Source: Phyllosticta citribraziliensis
Taxonomy: Eukaryota
Assembly: GCF_038025025.1 (NCBI RefSeq)
Contig: NW_027117353.1
Coordinates: 1-64,000 of the forward strand
Direction of reading: 5' to 3'
Length of the DNA stretch: 64,000 bases
In this document: in pieces, positions 33,846 to 46,748 of the stretch
Numbering within the stretch: the stretch's first letter is position 1
How the letters are laid out: every line of letters begins with the position of its first letter
Notes under the pieces: generated by a model
What the model was told of the DNA's origin: nothing
Seen by the model: the letters and a program-made list of their open reading frames with translations, nothing else
Database searches by the model: none
Translations under genes and position numbers: made by a program

Positions 33846-36800
33846 GCAGTGACGACTTGAAAAACGGAAGAGAGCTGGGTTTTTCTTTAATGAGTGAAGG
33901 AGGCGAGGCGGCTTCTTGTCTATTCTTTTATTAATTCTTGTCGTCGCCGGTTGTAGAATACGGGAGGCTATACAGGATTTGTATGTCATTTTGGTACAAG
34001 ACTTCCCTGTGTTTGCGCCGCTCTCTTGCATTCAAAACTATTTGGCCCCTGGGTGCATTTGTACAGCCGGGCTATTCACAACCTTTGCTGTGATGGACAC
34101 AACTCCATGTGACTTCGTTCCACATGTCTGAAAAATTCCAATCCACGTGTGCGATGCGTCATGAAGCAAGACGCATGGCTGTGCGGCTCCGTCAAATAGC
34201 CCGCCCAATGCACTAATCCGCTACCATCTCTTTTCCACCCCTTCCTTACCACAAAAAGACCAACACCATCTATCACACAACTTTTCCACCAAACGCCCCC
34301 CTCTCGCATCACCAACGAGATCCAACTAGCCACACGAGCCAAGCACCACGGGGGGCGCTGAAAGGCGCAATCACGAAGTAAGCTAAAGCGCTTAAAAACC
34401 GAAAAGGTTGATGGACGAACCTTACCAACCTTATTCGCCTTGGATGTCCGTCCGCAACCCAAACCCGCAAAAAAGCAAACCCCCTACCAACCAGCCAACC
34501 GAAAGCAAACCCCAGACAGACATCCCTTCCAAATCTTAAACCTTGAATCTTGCTGCCTCTCGTGCTGCAGGCTTGGCGCGAACTGACGCGCTTCCGCTCC
34601 GCTCGTTCTCTCGTTGCCGCCAAATGCTAGTCGCATGCTAGACGCAGACAAGCTCTGGCTGTTGGCTTTTGCCGATTCCGCCAGCCCAGCCCAGTCCTGC
34701 CTGCCCCTTCTGTGCAGACAGCTCCCTGGAACTTTCCTTGCGCTGTTTGTGCTTTCGGTCTCGGACCCCCGGACCCCCGGACCCCCGATGTCCGAAAGCT
34801 TCTGCTGTGGCTGCAGCAAGTGTCTGAGTGTCGCGTTCGGTTGTGGTCTCCTCGTACCTCATCGTTAGGAACCGGAGCCGCCCCTTGGCTCAGGAGAACG
34901 GTGCCTTGATTCCGCCCATCCATCCCACCATCTCCCTTGATTCCCCGTCGCGATGCAGCGGAATGGAACCGCCTTCTTTCCGCCGCGAATGTAAATATAT
35001 GCGCCACACAACTTCGCCGCTCAGTGCGCAGTCATCAAATACTTCGCTTGCGCGCCTTGCACGCTCGCTGTCCCCGGCTCCGCTCCGCTTCTCCGGCCCC
35101 TACCCTCCGCCCCCGTCCGTCTATCCGTCCGTCCTCATGCATATCTTGTTTCGCGCGCTCACCTGTTGATCCGTTCGTTCCGCATCGTTCCGCCTTTCCT
35201 CGCTCGAAAAGGGGCGGGAAATCCGGCTTTGATGGTGTGGCGTGGAAGTTGAGAGCGTTGAGAGGACTTTGTTCCCGAGCGGGAATATGGCGCGGGCACC
35301 AAACGAGCATTTTGCGCGCTATGCGGGTGCGAGGGATGTTGGACTTGATGCGCTCTCGATGAGTAGGATATTTGCAAGCGTCCGTCTACCGGAGTCCACG
35401 GGAGGAATTATCGATCTTGAAGTCATGGCGATTGGGAAGACTCCGTGCCTCAACTAACGCGCCGCCGAGGTCGTAGTTGGCGATGTCCGGCTTTTCCACC
35501 AGTAAATGTCGGAAATGGGCAAGGAGATCAACAAGATGGACGCCATATAGGGCAATTTCGACACGCGCTCTCCAAATCTGGAAATTCACTTCGCGCTTCA
35601 AAACGCCTACCATCGTTGTGAGCAGCAGCGGCAGCGGCGTAAGATGCCAATGTAGCAAGTAGCGTTGCAGGGAGAAGAGCAACTCGCTCATTCGTAGCGC
35701 ATCTTGTGTAGATGAAGTCCGTCGGCTTCGGGCCTTGGGAGCTCTTCTCGTCCCGGACCGCTCACTCTCTTGCTGACTTGTCTTTCATCGCTGGTGGCCC
35801 AAGCAGGGAAGAAGCATCAGGGAGCGAGAGGAAGATGAGTGTAGAAACACAAAGCCTTAACTGCTTGGCCCGTTTGCCCAGCAACAGCTACGCAGGACAG
35901 GACACGAGGGAGGAATTACAGAGGTGTCATCGATGCCACGCAAGCCCGCAAGCCTACACTCAAACGTGAGCAATTGCCAAACGCCAGCAACATACGAACA
36001 GCGCGCTCATCGCACATCGAAGTCTTCCCCTGCAGGCCACCCACCCGTCTGGGACATCTGTTCCTGACTAGAAGGAACCCAGTCATCCATTTATCTCTTC
36101 AGACGACACCCTCCCCGCCAGCGGCCGCAACAGTACATAGGAGGTACGACGAGAGAGTCTTATAGCTGAAACAGGGCGGCCGAATCAATCGAACATTCTG
36201 TCGTTCCAAATTGCCATCCATCTTCCCTGTCCGATGCTGTTGGGCAGTGCCTGAAACAGCACAGCGAACCTCGTTGTGCATCCATCGCTGTCGGACTTGC
36301 GCATGCGTCGAGCCGCATTTCTTATGTTGGAGATCGTGGACAACGCCTGCAGTATCCCCAGTTCTCGGATCTTCCGACGTCCTGCAATGCGAAGGAGCTC
36401 TGCGTACTTAAGTCATTTTCCCGATTCGCAACCTCGTTGTTGACATCCAACCCATGCCGCTCGGTAGGAGACTCTTACCAAACTGGTCTGGACCCAATAT
36501 CCGCAAGGCCAGAAACTTGAACGGCCCAGGCCCGAGGACAGATGGCTCGATGCGTTTTCCGATTCGACACTCGCTCGCCGCGGACACTAGCAGGATTTCA
36601 AATGGAAGCCGTGGCCGTTGTTGTCATGATAGCTCCCTTGCGTGGAAGCAGTGGTTATCCCAGTTGCAGCCCGGCTTCCTTGTCCCTATCGACGGCAGAG
36701 GGTATGTGAATGGTTGAGAATTCAAGAGTATGACATGATTCTGATTCGTTGGAACGTTCAAATTCCCAAATACGTGCCGCGAGGCTCTGCTGCTCCGTGA

Positions 36801-37255
36801 GCCAAAAGAGCTTTGTAGCTCCAGACAAGACGCCTCTCATAGGATTGTAGAATAATTTAATGTGCTTGATTCTTTTTTGAGCCTTTCAATCGACTCTTCG
36901 GCCATGGCGAAGCGACTGGCGGGCTCATGACCTATGCTGATTAAGTAGTGGATGACAAAGGCGCGTTTTTGCAAATCTGCCGCAAGTATGCACAAAATGC
37001 AAGAGGTACTCGACTTCGAGACCTGTGTCGCTAAGCAATTACGCAGCAGAGAACCGACTCAACTCTCAAAACTGTCTTCCTCCTCTTCAGATAACGCTGT
37101 GCGAACGCGCCACGGCTGTCTCGAGCCTCCAAATGGTACAGTGCGCGAGCGGCCTGCTGTGTCCAAGAACGGCTCGGCGGGGATGATCCAACCGGGCGAA
37201 TCTCTGGAATAACGCTCGGAGGACATGTCGCATTCGACTTGCACTTTTCTCAACC

Positions 37256-38786
37256 TCACCTGACTTTCCTGCGGCTGGCGTTGGCTGCATCCATGAGCGC
37301 AGACGAGTTTCCACCATCAATAGGACTGACAGGCTCTCCATTAAGAAGCAACTGAGGCTTGCTCTCGGGGGCCAATCCATTGGTGGATGCTTGAGGCTTT
37401 TCAGTCTCCTCATCTTCATCTTCGTAGTCGCTGCGCTCGTCTTTGACTACCTCTCCCCAGGTTGCGACAAATCTCCATGCGATGCGCAAAATGAGGAACA
37501 GCCAGAAGAGGTTGACAGCCTGTAGAGAGGCCAAGAGCGAAAACGTAATGTACTGAGAAATCCAGCACTTGTACTGCTGCGTAACCCAATTGAGCTCGAA
37601 CGGTCCGACGGAGGAGAATTCGCCGTTGATCATGGACCAAAGAATCCTGAGGTTGATGTAGTGACGCAGGTACGTCCAGACGAAGATGAAGAAGCCGAAG
37701 TAAGGCCCGACCAGGGTCGAGTCAAGGTAATTGAGTGTTTTAGAAGTCTGTTTAGAAGTCAGTCGATGAGCTATTTCCAACACAAATCCAAAGAGAACAT
37801 ACCGCCAAGAAAAAGTCGCTGATGTCATGGGTGATGTACACCGCCAGTCCCATGTATGTAAAGTGGAACCGGTAGCTCAGCCAAATCAACGCAATTGTAA
37901 TGATGTGATGCATGACGAGCTCCTTGAAATCTTTTCTCGGCTTTTCCAACATGAGGAGAAGGACTATGGCCTGCTGCGCCCAGTAACTAGCTTGGAGCAG
38001 GTAGTATGCCTTGAAGATCGCCTCGTGGGTCTTGTGCGGAAATCCTTCGTACATGCCAGTCGTGTTGAAGTACCAAACCGGTGTTCGCGACATGACGTAT
38101 AGACCAAAGGGACCGAAGATGCCAAAGTAGATGGCCGTGTAGACTTGTTCCATGAAGCGGGCCTGCTTTGCGCGCGACTTTATTCCACAGTAAATGGCCA
38201 GAGGTCGGATGACGCGTTGCATGAGGAATTCCCGGGTGAAGGAAAGCACGACGATGTAGAAAGCAACAAAGGCAAAGTCCTTGCCACCCTTTCCATAGTG
38301 TATAGGAGCGCCGGGGTCGGCGCTGGGGTCCTCTGGAAGTGGGTAGGAAAGGAAGAGGGCGGCGTGGAGCGGGTTGGACTCAGAGGGGTTGACGAGGTAT
38401 AAGGAGACTATCGTCGAGACGATGAGCAGCGGATTGAGCCAGGTGTGTCGCAGGGACAGCTTCCACCATCTCCGGATGAGGGACTTGGCCTTCCGGCGCT
38501 TCGATGGACGGCCCTGTTTGCTGCTGTCGGAGCGCTGGAAAAGGCGAATCAGAGAATCGGCCGCGGCCATGCAGGAGATGCGGGTCCTTACAGCTACCGA
38601 AGATGTAGATGGTGGTTTGTTGTCGAACGCCGTGGCCAAGGCTACAGTTCCAGTGTCTCCCCTAGGATCGTCGCCGAGGTTGCTGGACTTTCTCTGGCGG
38701 CGCAAGCCTTTCGACTGGGCGTTGTTGGAGTGTTCCTTGCGCACGGGCGAGAGGGGAGGAAAGGGTTCGGTTGCAGAGTCGGCCAT
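37256..38786 (-). CDS. LAG1: Ceramide synthase (sphingosine N-acyltransferase, TLC domain), Lag1/Lac1 type
   Basis: Lag motif EKPRKDFKELVMHH…THDISDFFLA|TSKTLNY and multiple TM segments. Introns 38535-38591 and 37748-37802. Confidence 0.93.
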
Positions 38787-39156
38787 TGTCGCGGTTTCGG
38801 GCTGGTTGGATGTGGGTTGGCTGAGAGAGAAAGCGCATGTGCGGATCGGCCATGGTGTTGGAAAATGCTCAGGGCAGGCCCGCAGCCGCTACTTACCGCC
38901 GCACCGCCGCGTCTCGTCCGCCTTGCACTGCCACCAACTTACCGCAACACCCGCCCGATTACTTGCAGCTCATCACGACTGAGTTGGATTTGCATATACA
39001 GTTAATTGAACATGACGTGCCTAGTCCGCCCGGTGCTTTGTACACCTGTGGCTCCAGCCTCCTGGCCTTTTGCTTCTGCACCCCGGTTCTCTGCCTTTAT
39101 CTCCTCGCCTCCTGGCCCTCTGCACTGTGGTCTATTGCCTCTTCTTGCTCAAGCAA

Positions 39157-40680
39157 TTACTTCTCCGCCGCCTCGCGCTCTGCCTTTTCCCGCTCCCGCC
39201 TTTCCTTGTCTGCCGCCTCCCACTCCCGCCGTATCGTGGCGGCGTAATCCACCAAGTCTGGGAGCTTGGACTTGTCCACGACCACTCTGGACATGTTCGG
39301 TTTGTACCTCTCCACAGCCAAGCCCTCGTGGAAAATGGCCTCTGGCCAACTCTCAGCATGCTCCAGATCCACAATGTTTGCCCATTTGATTTCGACACCG
39401 TCGAGAGTAAACGGCCGTGGCCGGTTTTCCCGCAGCATTGCTCTTTGATGATTGGGTCCTTTCTTGGGAATCGCACCCTTTGGCTTCTGGGACGGCGGGT
39501 AGAGCGCGTCCAGTATGCTCTCATTCGTTTCCCTCAGCGCCTCTTTTTTCTCTTCCAGCTGCCTTTCCAACTCCGCCTTCTTCCAGTTGAACTCCGCGAT
39601 GGTCTTCCCGAGTTTCCGTTTTTCGACCGCCGCCTCACGGATTTCCTCCGCGAATTCGGGTTTGACATTTCCCTCGTCATCTCTCGCAGACGTTGTCTTG
39701 AGGAATTCTTTCTTGCTATCCACGAGCTTGCGCCATTGCTGCTGTTCTCGGTGGACGTTTCCCAAATGAGCGCCTAGTATGCCAAGTTGCTTCCTCAATT
39801 CCCTAACATCTTCATAGAGGTCGCGTTCCTGTCGCAGGCTGTCCAAGTATGCGAATTCTCGGTCGCGCAATTGATTCCTGATTGGCGTGTAGTCTGTCCG
39901 TATCTGGTTGATCACTTCGGCGACGTCGATAGCAGGACGGGAGAGAATTCCGTGTCTTCTGAGCAATGTGAACGCTAGACGCAATCTCTGTTGTCCCGAC
40001 TTCACGCTTTCGTCGACAGGCTCGGTTGATTTCAAGAGACTCTGCAAGTTCTCGCCCTGCCCGTTCTTCTCTAGGCGATGGAGGTTCCGGAGCAGTGATC
40101 GCAGCCAAAAGAGGTCCTCGACTTGGTCGTCCTTGGCCATGTACCTTTCGAATTGTTGCGAAGACGACTTATTCTGTAGTTCCATCGCTCTTGCAATAGC
40201 TGCGATTGAATTCGCCTTTTGGTCCATGATGATCTTTGCGCGCTCCTTCTTCGAGGGCATCCTGTCCGATCCCTGCAGCTGCTTCTGCTTCTTCTCGGGC
40301 AGCGCCCCCCAATCCTTGTTTTCGTTTTGGCTCCAATACAGTTCATGGAGCTTCTTGAAATCCAGCAGCTTGAAGTACGCATCCCGGGCCTGGTTTTCGA
40401 AAGGGAGGGTAACGACTGCGAGAGGGCGCCACACGTCCTTGCGGAGCTTTGAAGGCAACGACTTTTTGCCAGCGAACGGAAGTTGTTGCAGATGAGATCC
40501 CTACAATTCCTGGTCAGTATTTGTTGATCTTGAGTCCATTGGAATGCCTACGCGCAAAACGCGGTCGTTCAACGAGTATAGAGTCTGGTTCGTTCGAAAG
40601 TGGCAGTAGACGAATACTTGGCGAGCGGCGTCCTTGGAGGCTTCGACGCCGCGGGCGGCCTGTGTCCCTAGGCCCGACAT
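39157..40680 (-). CDS. MHR1: Mitochondrial large ribosomal subunit protein mL67 / Mhr1, ~490 aa
   Basis: Exon 1 (40680-40552) VFVYCHFRTNQTLYSL, intron 40501-40551, then QLPFAGKKSLPSKLRKDVWRPL, KKLHELYW, MDQKANSIA, IKWANIVDLEHAESWP. Confidence 0.88.
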
Positions 40681-41015
40681 TGTGTCCTCAGATGGGCCTA
40701 GGCACGTCTTGAGCTCAGAAAGGAAGACGGTGGAGTATTGTCGTGCGAGTGGTTAGGTTGTTCTGGCGCGACGGAAAATCGCTGGAGGTTCGGGGAGTGC
40801 ACGGACGGGACGGATCACTTGGAGCTAGCTAGCATGCGGAGCCCGTCGTCACCGTCGCTTGCTCCAGCAGCTTCACCAAGACGACGCTCCCAACCCAAGT
40901 GAGCTGCCGTGTCGGCGGATGAGCCATGACCCAATTGCTTCACCCAGCTCGGCCAGAACCCTCGAGCAGCTCGCTCTCCCGGTGACCCCACGCGGCACCA
41001 TCATTCACTCGCGAC

Positions 41016-43194
41016 ATGGCCAGCAGCCCTCGCAGCTCGGACGACAACACAACAAGGCGCGAGAGGCCGTGGATTCTGCCCTACGTGCGCTTACCACTTG
41101 CTGTAAATCTGTTGTTGCTCCAGCTAACCTGCCGTCAGAATCGTAGAATCAGGCATCTCCACGGCATAACCATTCGCAACTTGGCCCTGGTCCAGCCCTC
41201 ATCGAGACCCCGCGGCAAGACAATTGACGACGATGCGATCCCCTCGACCCTCAAGACGCCTGCAAAGGCCTTGGCCCAGCGTGAGAGCAGAAAATTGGAG
41301 CATGCCCGCTCATCCACTGATCTGAGGGCCAGGGACTTGCATCCCATAGGCGAGTCAGCGGACAAATCCCAGGACATCACTCTAGATGCTCCAGTGAGGC
41401 CCAGCATAAGTAGACTGCGCCGTCGTAGCACCATGACATGGTCCGGAGCCAGCCCTTTGGAGAGACAGAGGAAGCTTGAAGATGTCGCGGAAGGCCGTAT
41501 GGCCAACATCTTTTTCTCGTTGCATGTGGCAGAGAACGCAGGTCAGTCTTGCACCAACACGTCAACGTGCTAGGCTGATGATGTGATTAGATCCCATTTA
41601 TGTGAGCGAGGAAGTCGAAAAGGCAATGGTAGGTGCATCCGACATGGCAGCACCACCGCCTGGGCTAAACTTTTGCGCAGAACCCAAATTTCAAGTCTTT
41701 CGACCTCGAACCGTGGGGCCCCTCAGTCACAAGGCTTGATGAGATTACTCTAAAAGTATGGGCCAAAACTCGGGTCATGGATAATCACCAATACCTCCTC
41801 AGTCTCACTGCGAGCTTTCGTTCGTTGCAATTCATCTCCAGATCTGTAAGGCTCAACGATGACCATTGTCCCCAAGCATTTACTTACCACACTTTACACA
41901 GCTCGAAAAGTTTCATCACCCGTTCCCTCCGAACTCAATCCTCTTTCACTTCGATGATGGCATCTTTACGGCTTTCACCGACGTCGCTTCAAATGACACG
42001 CATTTCAACATGACGGAAATTCAGGCCAAGGCCTCCTCAAAACCGCAACCCTCGTCTTCCTATGACCAACTCATGCGGCTCTCAACACTCGACGACTGCA
42101 TACAGGACGCGCTGGCAACACGGGACAAGCTGACGGCAGACATAGCATCCGTCCTAAATAAAAATCAAGAGGCGCTATCCACCGAGCACAATGTCTCCGA
42201 AGGAAGAGAAAGATTAAAACTGGTTGAATCTACAGTGGCTGCCCAGCGAAAGCGGCTAGAGGCTGCTCGAAAGAAGCGGGCTGAGTTGCAAGCAAACATA
42301 GACTCGCGACGGGAAGCAATGCTTACAGGCCGAGCCTCACAGGACAGGCTTGCACAAGACATCGCCCACGGCCAGGAGCAGCTCAAGGAGCGCGTAACGA
42401 CGACACGGCAAACGGAAGAAGAAATTCTCGGCCACAGACGGCGCGTCTGCGAAGACTTGCTCAAAATATACCCCATCGAGTCGATCCAGGGGCGCCCTCT
42501 GGCTTTTACGATATGCGGACTTTACCTGCCAAACTCTGAATTCGACGACGTAGACGAAACCGTTACATCGGCTGCTTTAGGATACGCTGTCCAGGTTGTC
42601 GCCCACTTGTCGATATACCTCTCCATACCCTTGCCGTACCCTGTGCAGCCGCGCGGGTCGACATCGATAATCGAAGACCCCATCTCCATGACAGCCGGAC
42701 CGCGCACGTACCCCCTCTGGATGAAGGGCGCCGTGCGCTACCGCTTCGAATACGCCGTCTTCCTGCTCAATAAGGACATTGAGATCCTGTCCAACGCACT
42801 GGGGCTCAAGCCGCTCGACATACGGCACACGCTGCCCAACCTCAAGTACCTGCTCTACGTGGCGACGGCGGGCAAGGGCGGGATTCCAGAGAGGAAATCG
42901 GGAGGATTCAGGGCACTACTGAGGTACCCTGGTACTCCTACTACCCCCGGCGGCAGAGACAGAGAAGAGACGACGGCGGGTCTTTTTCCGAAGAACAACG
43001 CGGCTAACGGTAGTGGTGGCCATCAAGGGCGTGGAGGCAAGATAGGGAGAGACGCGCTGCCGAGCGCCACCGCTACCGCCGCGGGAGTCGATGATGTCCT
43101 CGAAGACGGCAGTAGCTTGCTGCTTGCTGGCTGTGCCGTCGCCGAGACGTCGAGCTTTAAACCGCAAAAGCCGCCTTTGAGCGGTCTGTCCTGA
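41016..43194 (+). CDS. VPS38: UVRAG/Vps38 subunit of PI3-kinase complex II, 5 exons
   Basis: RRIRHLHGITIRNL, FFSLH, IYVSEEVEKAMNPNF, coiled coil, then SAALGY…LSIPLPYPVQPRGSTS…RFEYAVFLLNKDIE…TLPNL. Four short GT-AG introns between 41085 and 41901. Confidence 0.9.
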
Positions 43195-43786
43195 TTGTGT
43201 CCGTCTCTGGCCGACTTTGGGTGCTGTGTCAGCAACGCGATTTCGACATTCATCCACCGAGAATCGCCTCGATTTGCAAGGTACCGCATCAACGGTGGAT
43301 GTGCACTGCGGATGGGTCGGGGAAGGGGTGTCGGCGTGGGGAGGGGGTTTGATCAAGTCGAGCATTGTCAATTAGGGTGGAGCAGGTTTTGGAGCGTGCG
43401 CGTTATTATACCCGGGTCATTGCGCGTTTGAAGGTTTCGATGTAGGAGTAGCGTCGCGTTTGTTGGAAAAGCGTGTGAATTTACACATTTCGAAAATCCA
43501 GTCCTCGTGCTTTGCGCGTATCTCCTGACTTGACTGGTGGCCCTGGCTGCCCGGTCTAAATTCAAATTGGGTGCATGTACACGGTGAAGCAGTAGTCGTT
43601 CGTCGACACACAATTGTTGTTCGACTTCAAGTACTGTGATTTCTGAGTTCTACAAAAGCCAAAGACGGAGATGTGCCTTTTGGAGAAAGCGAAGAAGAGC
43701 CTGACGACCGCTCGAGACAGTCCATGGAGCGCCAGACCTTGCAAACGAACAAGAGAAAGTGCCACGACGTGGCAGTCCCACCGTCG

Positions 43787-44445
43787 TTATCCGGGGCCAA
43801 TGCGAGGCCTTGAATGTCCATGTCAGCACACATACACTCCATATGCAACAAGCTTCCTCTCTCTCTAGGAGGGAGAGAGAAGGCAGAGAGAGGGAGGAGG
43901 GCGACTCACATATCATGATGCTCAGACAACGAGCTCAGATGGCGATTGAACTCCTCGACGCGCTCCTTGTGCGACTTGACGCCTTCGCGTTTGAGCCGCT
44001 CGCCCAACTAACAACGACACGCATCAGCAATCCAAACGCAGTCAAAGGGGGGGGCTGCAAATGCATGCATGCATGTATGGATGGTAGGCAAGGCAGACAA
44101 ACGCACCTTCTTCCGCCGCGCCTCCTCAAACTTGCGCTCCGCCTCCGTCTTCGGCCGCGCAGCCGCCGCCTCGCGCTGCAGCTCCTCGGACGGCGGTTCT
44201 GCGCTGCCTTCTCCTCCTGCTCGATCGACAGGCTCTGTGCCCGCCCTCGACACAACGGCGTCGCTGGCGGTAGCATTTGCTGCGGCGTCGTTGTTGCTTT
44301 TGCTTCCGCCGTCGCTGTCAGCAGTAGCAGCCTCCGGCTTGGGCTTGGGCTTCTTTTTCTTTTTCTTCTTGTCGATGGCCCCGCCGCCGACGCCTTTCAG
44401 CTTGAGCGCGCCGCCTGTGACGGCGCTGTACTCGGAGCTGGGCAT
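43787..44445 (-). CDS. FAM32A/DUF1754-family small nuclear Lys-rich protein, 3 exons
   Basis: MPSSEYSAVTGGALKLKG…KKKKKK…KTEAERKFEE, intron 44008-44106, KSHKERVEEFNRHLSSLSEHHDM, intron 43809-43909, PRIGPG*. Confidence 0.9.
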
Positions 44446-45074
44446 GCTGGGTGGGTGCCGCCGATGGGCGAGGTTGCCGTTGAACGACTGGGCCTGGCGG
44501 TGTTGTTGTCCAGTTGTTGTTGATGTTGTTGTTGTCGTTGCGCTGTTGTGCGAGTGAGGTGCAACAGGACCGATCTGACCTGAGTGACGATGCATACGGC
44601 TGTGGTGAGCGTCGCTCGGGCCGTCTGCCCCGCCACGGCCCGTGGACCCCGCGGACCCCGTGGGTGTCAGGTCCGTCTTACCGGGAGAGACTCAGACACG
44701 CACGCAACCTTATTCCTACCCACTCGCAGATACTCTTTGTGAATGCGCCATTGTGTGGGCCCTGTGTCTTTGGTCGCTTGCTGCTTGGTTCACACACTCT
44801 TCTGGATCATGTCTGAAAAGTAAACTAGTGTTACAAACTTCGAACCACTGGAGGAACGTGAAACTTTTTTGGGAGAACAGACCCCACGCCAAAAATAGTC
44901 CTTTGCATAGACACGATGCTTGGGCTGTAGTGGGCGAGCAATTGAGCATTTATTGGGTTTGTTGAGTACTGCTTCGACTGCCGCGGCCACGTCTCGAAAC
45001 TGTAGGCGTCTATGGATAGATGGTGTCGTTTGCCCACCTCAGGTGAAGAAGAGCCCGACTGACTGCGCAACCCC

Positions 45075-46067
45075 TCATTTCTTCTCAACATCAAACACCA
45101 AGCCATTCTGCGCCCTGAGATCGGTCGTGATGCCAATGACGATGCGGCTCATGTCCTCCAGCTTCTTCGCGGCCGCGCCGTCGCGCTCCTTGATGATGCG
45201 CGCAAACTCGGCCGCCTCCTCCTGCAGGTTGAGCTTTGCCTTTTCGCCGGCCAGCTGCTCGCGCGTCTTGGAGCGGGCGTCGACGAATTCGACGCTGGCA
45301 ACGTCGGTGACGGCGTTGGCGACCAGCGTGCCCTTCTCGCCGTAGACCTCGCTGGGCGCGGCCGACGTGTAAATCTTGGACGCGTTGATGCTCACGGCGA
45401 AGCGGTCGTACTGCAGCGTGATGAAGCCGCCGCCGTCGGCGCCCGTGCGGACGATGATGGGGTGGTAGCTCTGGGCCTTGGGCGCGCCGAACAGGGCCAC
45501 GGCCGCCGCGATGGGGTACACGCCCAGGTCGACCAGGCTGCCGCCCGAGAGCGCCAGGTTGAAGATGTTGGGCGTCTCGCCCGCCAGCACGGCGTTGTAG
45601 CGCGAGCTGTAGCTGGCGTAGTTGAGCGACGCGCCGTACAGCGCGCCCAGCCTCCCCAGGCTCTGCTGCAGCACCTTGAAGTTGCGCTCTTGGATGTGCC
45701 GGTTGGCCTCGATCAGGAACACGCCCTGCTGTTTGGCCAGCGCGAACAGCGATTCGAACTCGGCCACCGTCGACGTCGCCGGCTTCTCGACGATGACGTG
45801 CTTTTTGCCGTGCAGCGCCGCTTTGGCCTGCTCGTAGTGAAACGAGTTGGGAGACGCAATGTAGACGGCATCGACGTCGGGCGCCTGGCACAGTGACTCG
45901 AGGCTGGTGTACGTCGCCGTCACGTTGTGTTTGACTGCAAAGGACTGGGCGGTTTCGGCCTTGCGCGAGTACACGGCCGTGAGCTTCCACGCCTGCGTCG
46001 CGTGCGCCGACTCAATGAAGGAGTCGGTGATCCACCCGGTGCCAATGACTGCAAAGTTGATTGCCAT
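45075..46067 (-). CDS. Gfo/Idh/MocA-family NAD(P)-dependent oxidoreductase (YgjR/IolU-like), intronless
   Basis: Rossmann IGTGWIT, DAVYIASPNSFH, HVIVEKP, YSSRY…GETPNIFN…GGSLVDLGVYP. Confidence 0.93.
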   Translation of the reverse strand: MAINFAVIGTGWITDSFIESAHATQAWKLTAVYSRKAETAQSFAVKHNVTATYTSLESLCQAPDVDAVYIASPNSFHYEQAKAALHGKKHVIVEKPATSTVAEFESLFALAKQQGVFLIEANRHIQERNFKVLQQSLGRLGALYGASLNYASYSSRYNAVLAGETPNIFNLALSGGSLVDLGVYPIAAAVALFGAPKAQSYHPIIVRTGADGGGFITLQYDRFAVSINASKIYTSAAPSEVYGEKGTLVANAVTDVASVEFVDARSKTREQLAGEKAKLNLQEEAAEFARIIKERDGAAAKKLEDMSRIVIGITTDLRAQNGLVFDVEKK

Positions 46068-46748
46068 GTTGCCTCCTCTTTTCAAGGTTCAATTGATGTG
46101 TGTACGGGGCGTGGTTCTGCGTTGGCGGGGACCTGTCGGGTGTTGTTGATGTTGATCGGATTACCTACGACCGCAATGCCGCCGGCCCCAGTTTACATGG
46201 TTTACATCATGCCGGTGCCCCCATCTGCCAGCTCACACTTGGTCGTGCCATACTCGCATCAGGTTCAAAATTGTACACACGACTTTCTCGTGTCTCCATG
46301 CTTGAATGTGCGTGATGAATCTGCATTGATTGAAAGACTACCTAACAAGCCTCTTCATGCCGCGGCTGGCTAGCAACCACGTCAGATGGCAAAGCAATTT
46401 ACGATGACTGGGTATCATGGCTATCATATGCTCTGTTTGCTCCCGCGGCCGATCCGCTCGAGAGTGTAACAAACGCCCGCCTGTTGTCCAAACCGTTTAC
46501 TCGAGTACTCCTGATTGTGGTAAATGCATGGCGCCGCCATCCTTCGTACCGGATAAGAGAAAGAAGAAAGGAAAAAAGCATAACTCCATAAAGCGTCTTG
46601 ACGCTTGATGCTAACCAAATGCCGCTCGTCTGCAGCTGTGGATCCTGTTGGCATGTCCCTCGTGCGTAATCGTGGTGCGTTGATCGTAGTCCAAGCTGAA
46701 CCAAGTTCGTCATGGACGAGATGATTGCTGGGTAGAGGTTCGCCAACT

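Noticed and set aside
32814..34031. 405-aa minus-strand ORF
   Set aside because: Antisense shadow of the GC3-rich GtaA-family exon; no recognisable motifs.
35386..35691. 101-aa minus-strand ORF with protein-like composition
   Set aside because: No recognisable homology, an in-frame stop shortly upstream, and no supporting splice pattern.
44830..44860. GGTTCGAA on the minus strand as a tRNA T-loop
   Set aside because: No cloverleaf stems or A-box around it; no tRNA, rRNA or snRNA gene was recognised in the window.
45091..45990. 299-aa alternative-frame ORF (and similar ones such as 49393-50217 and 48077-48871)
   Set aside because: Arg/Gly/Ala-rich or antisense by-products of high GC3 in real genes.
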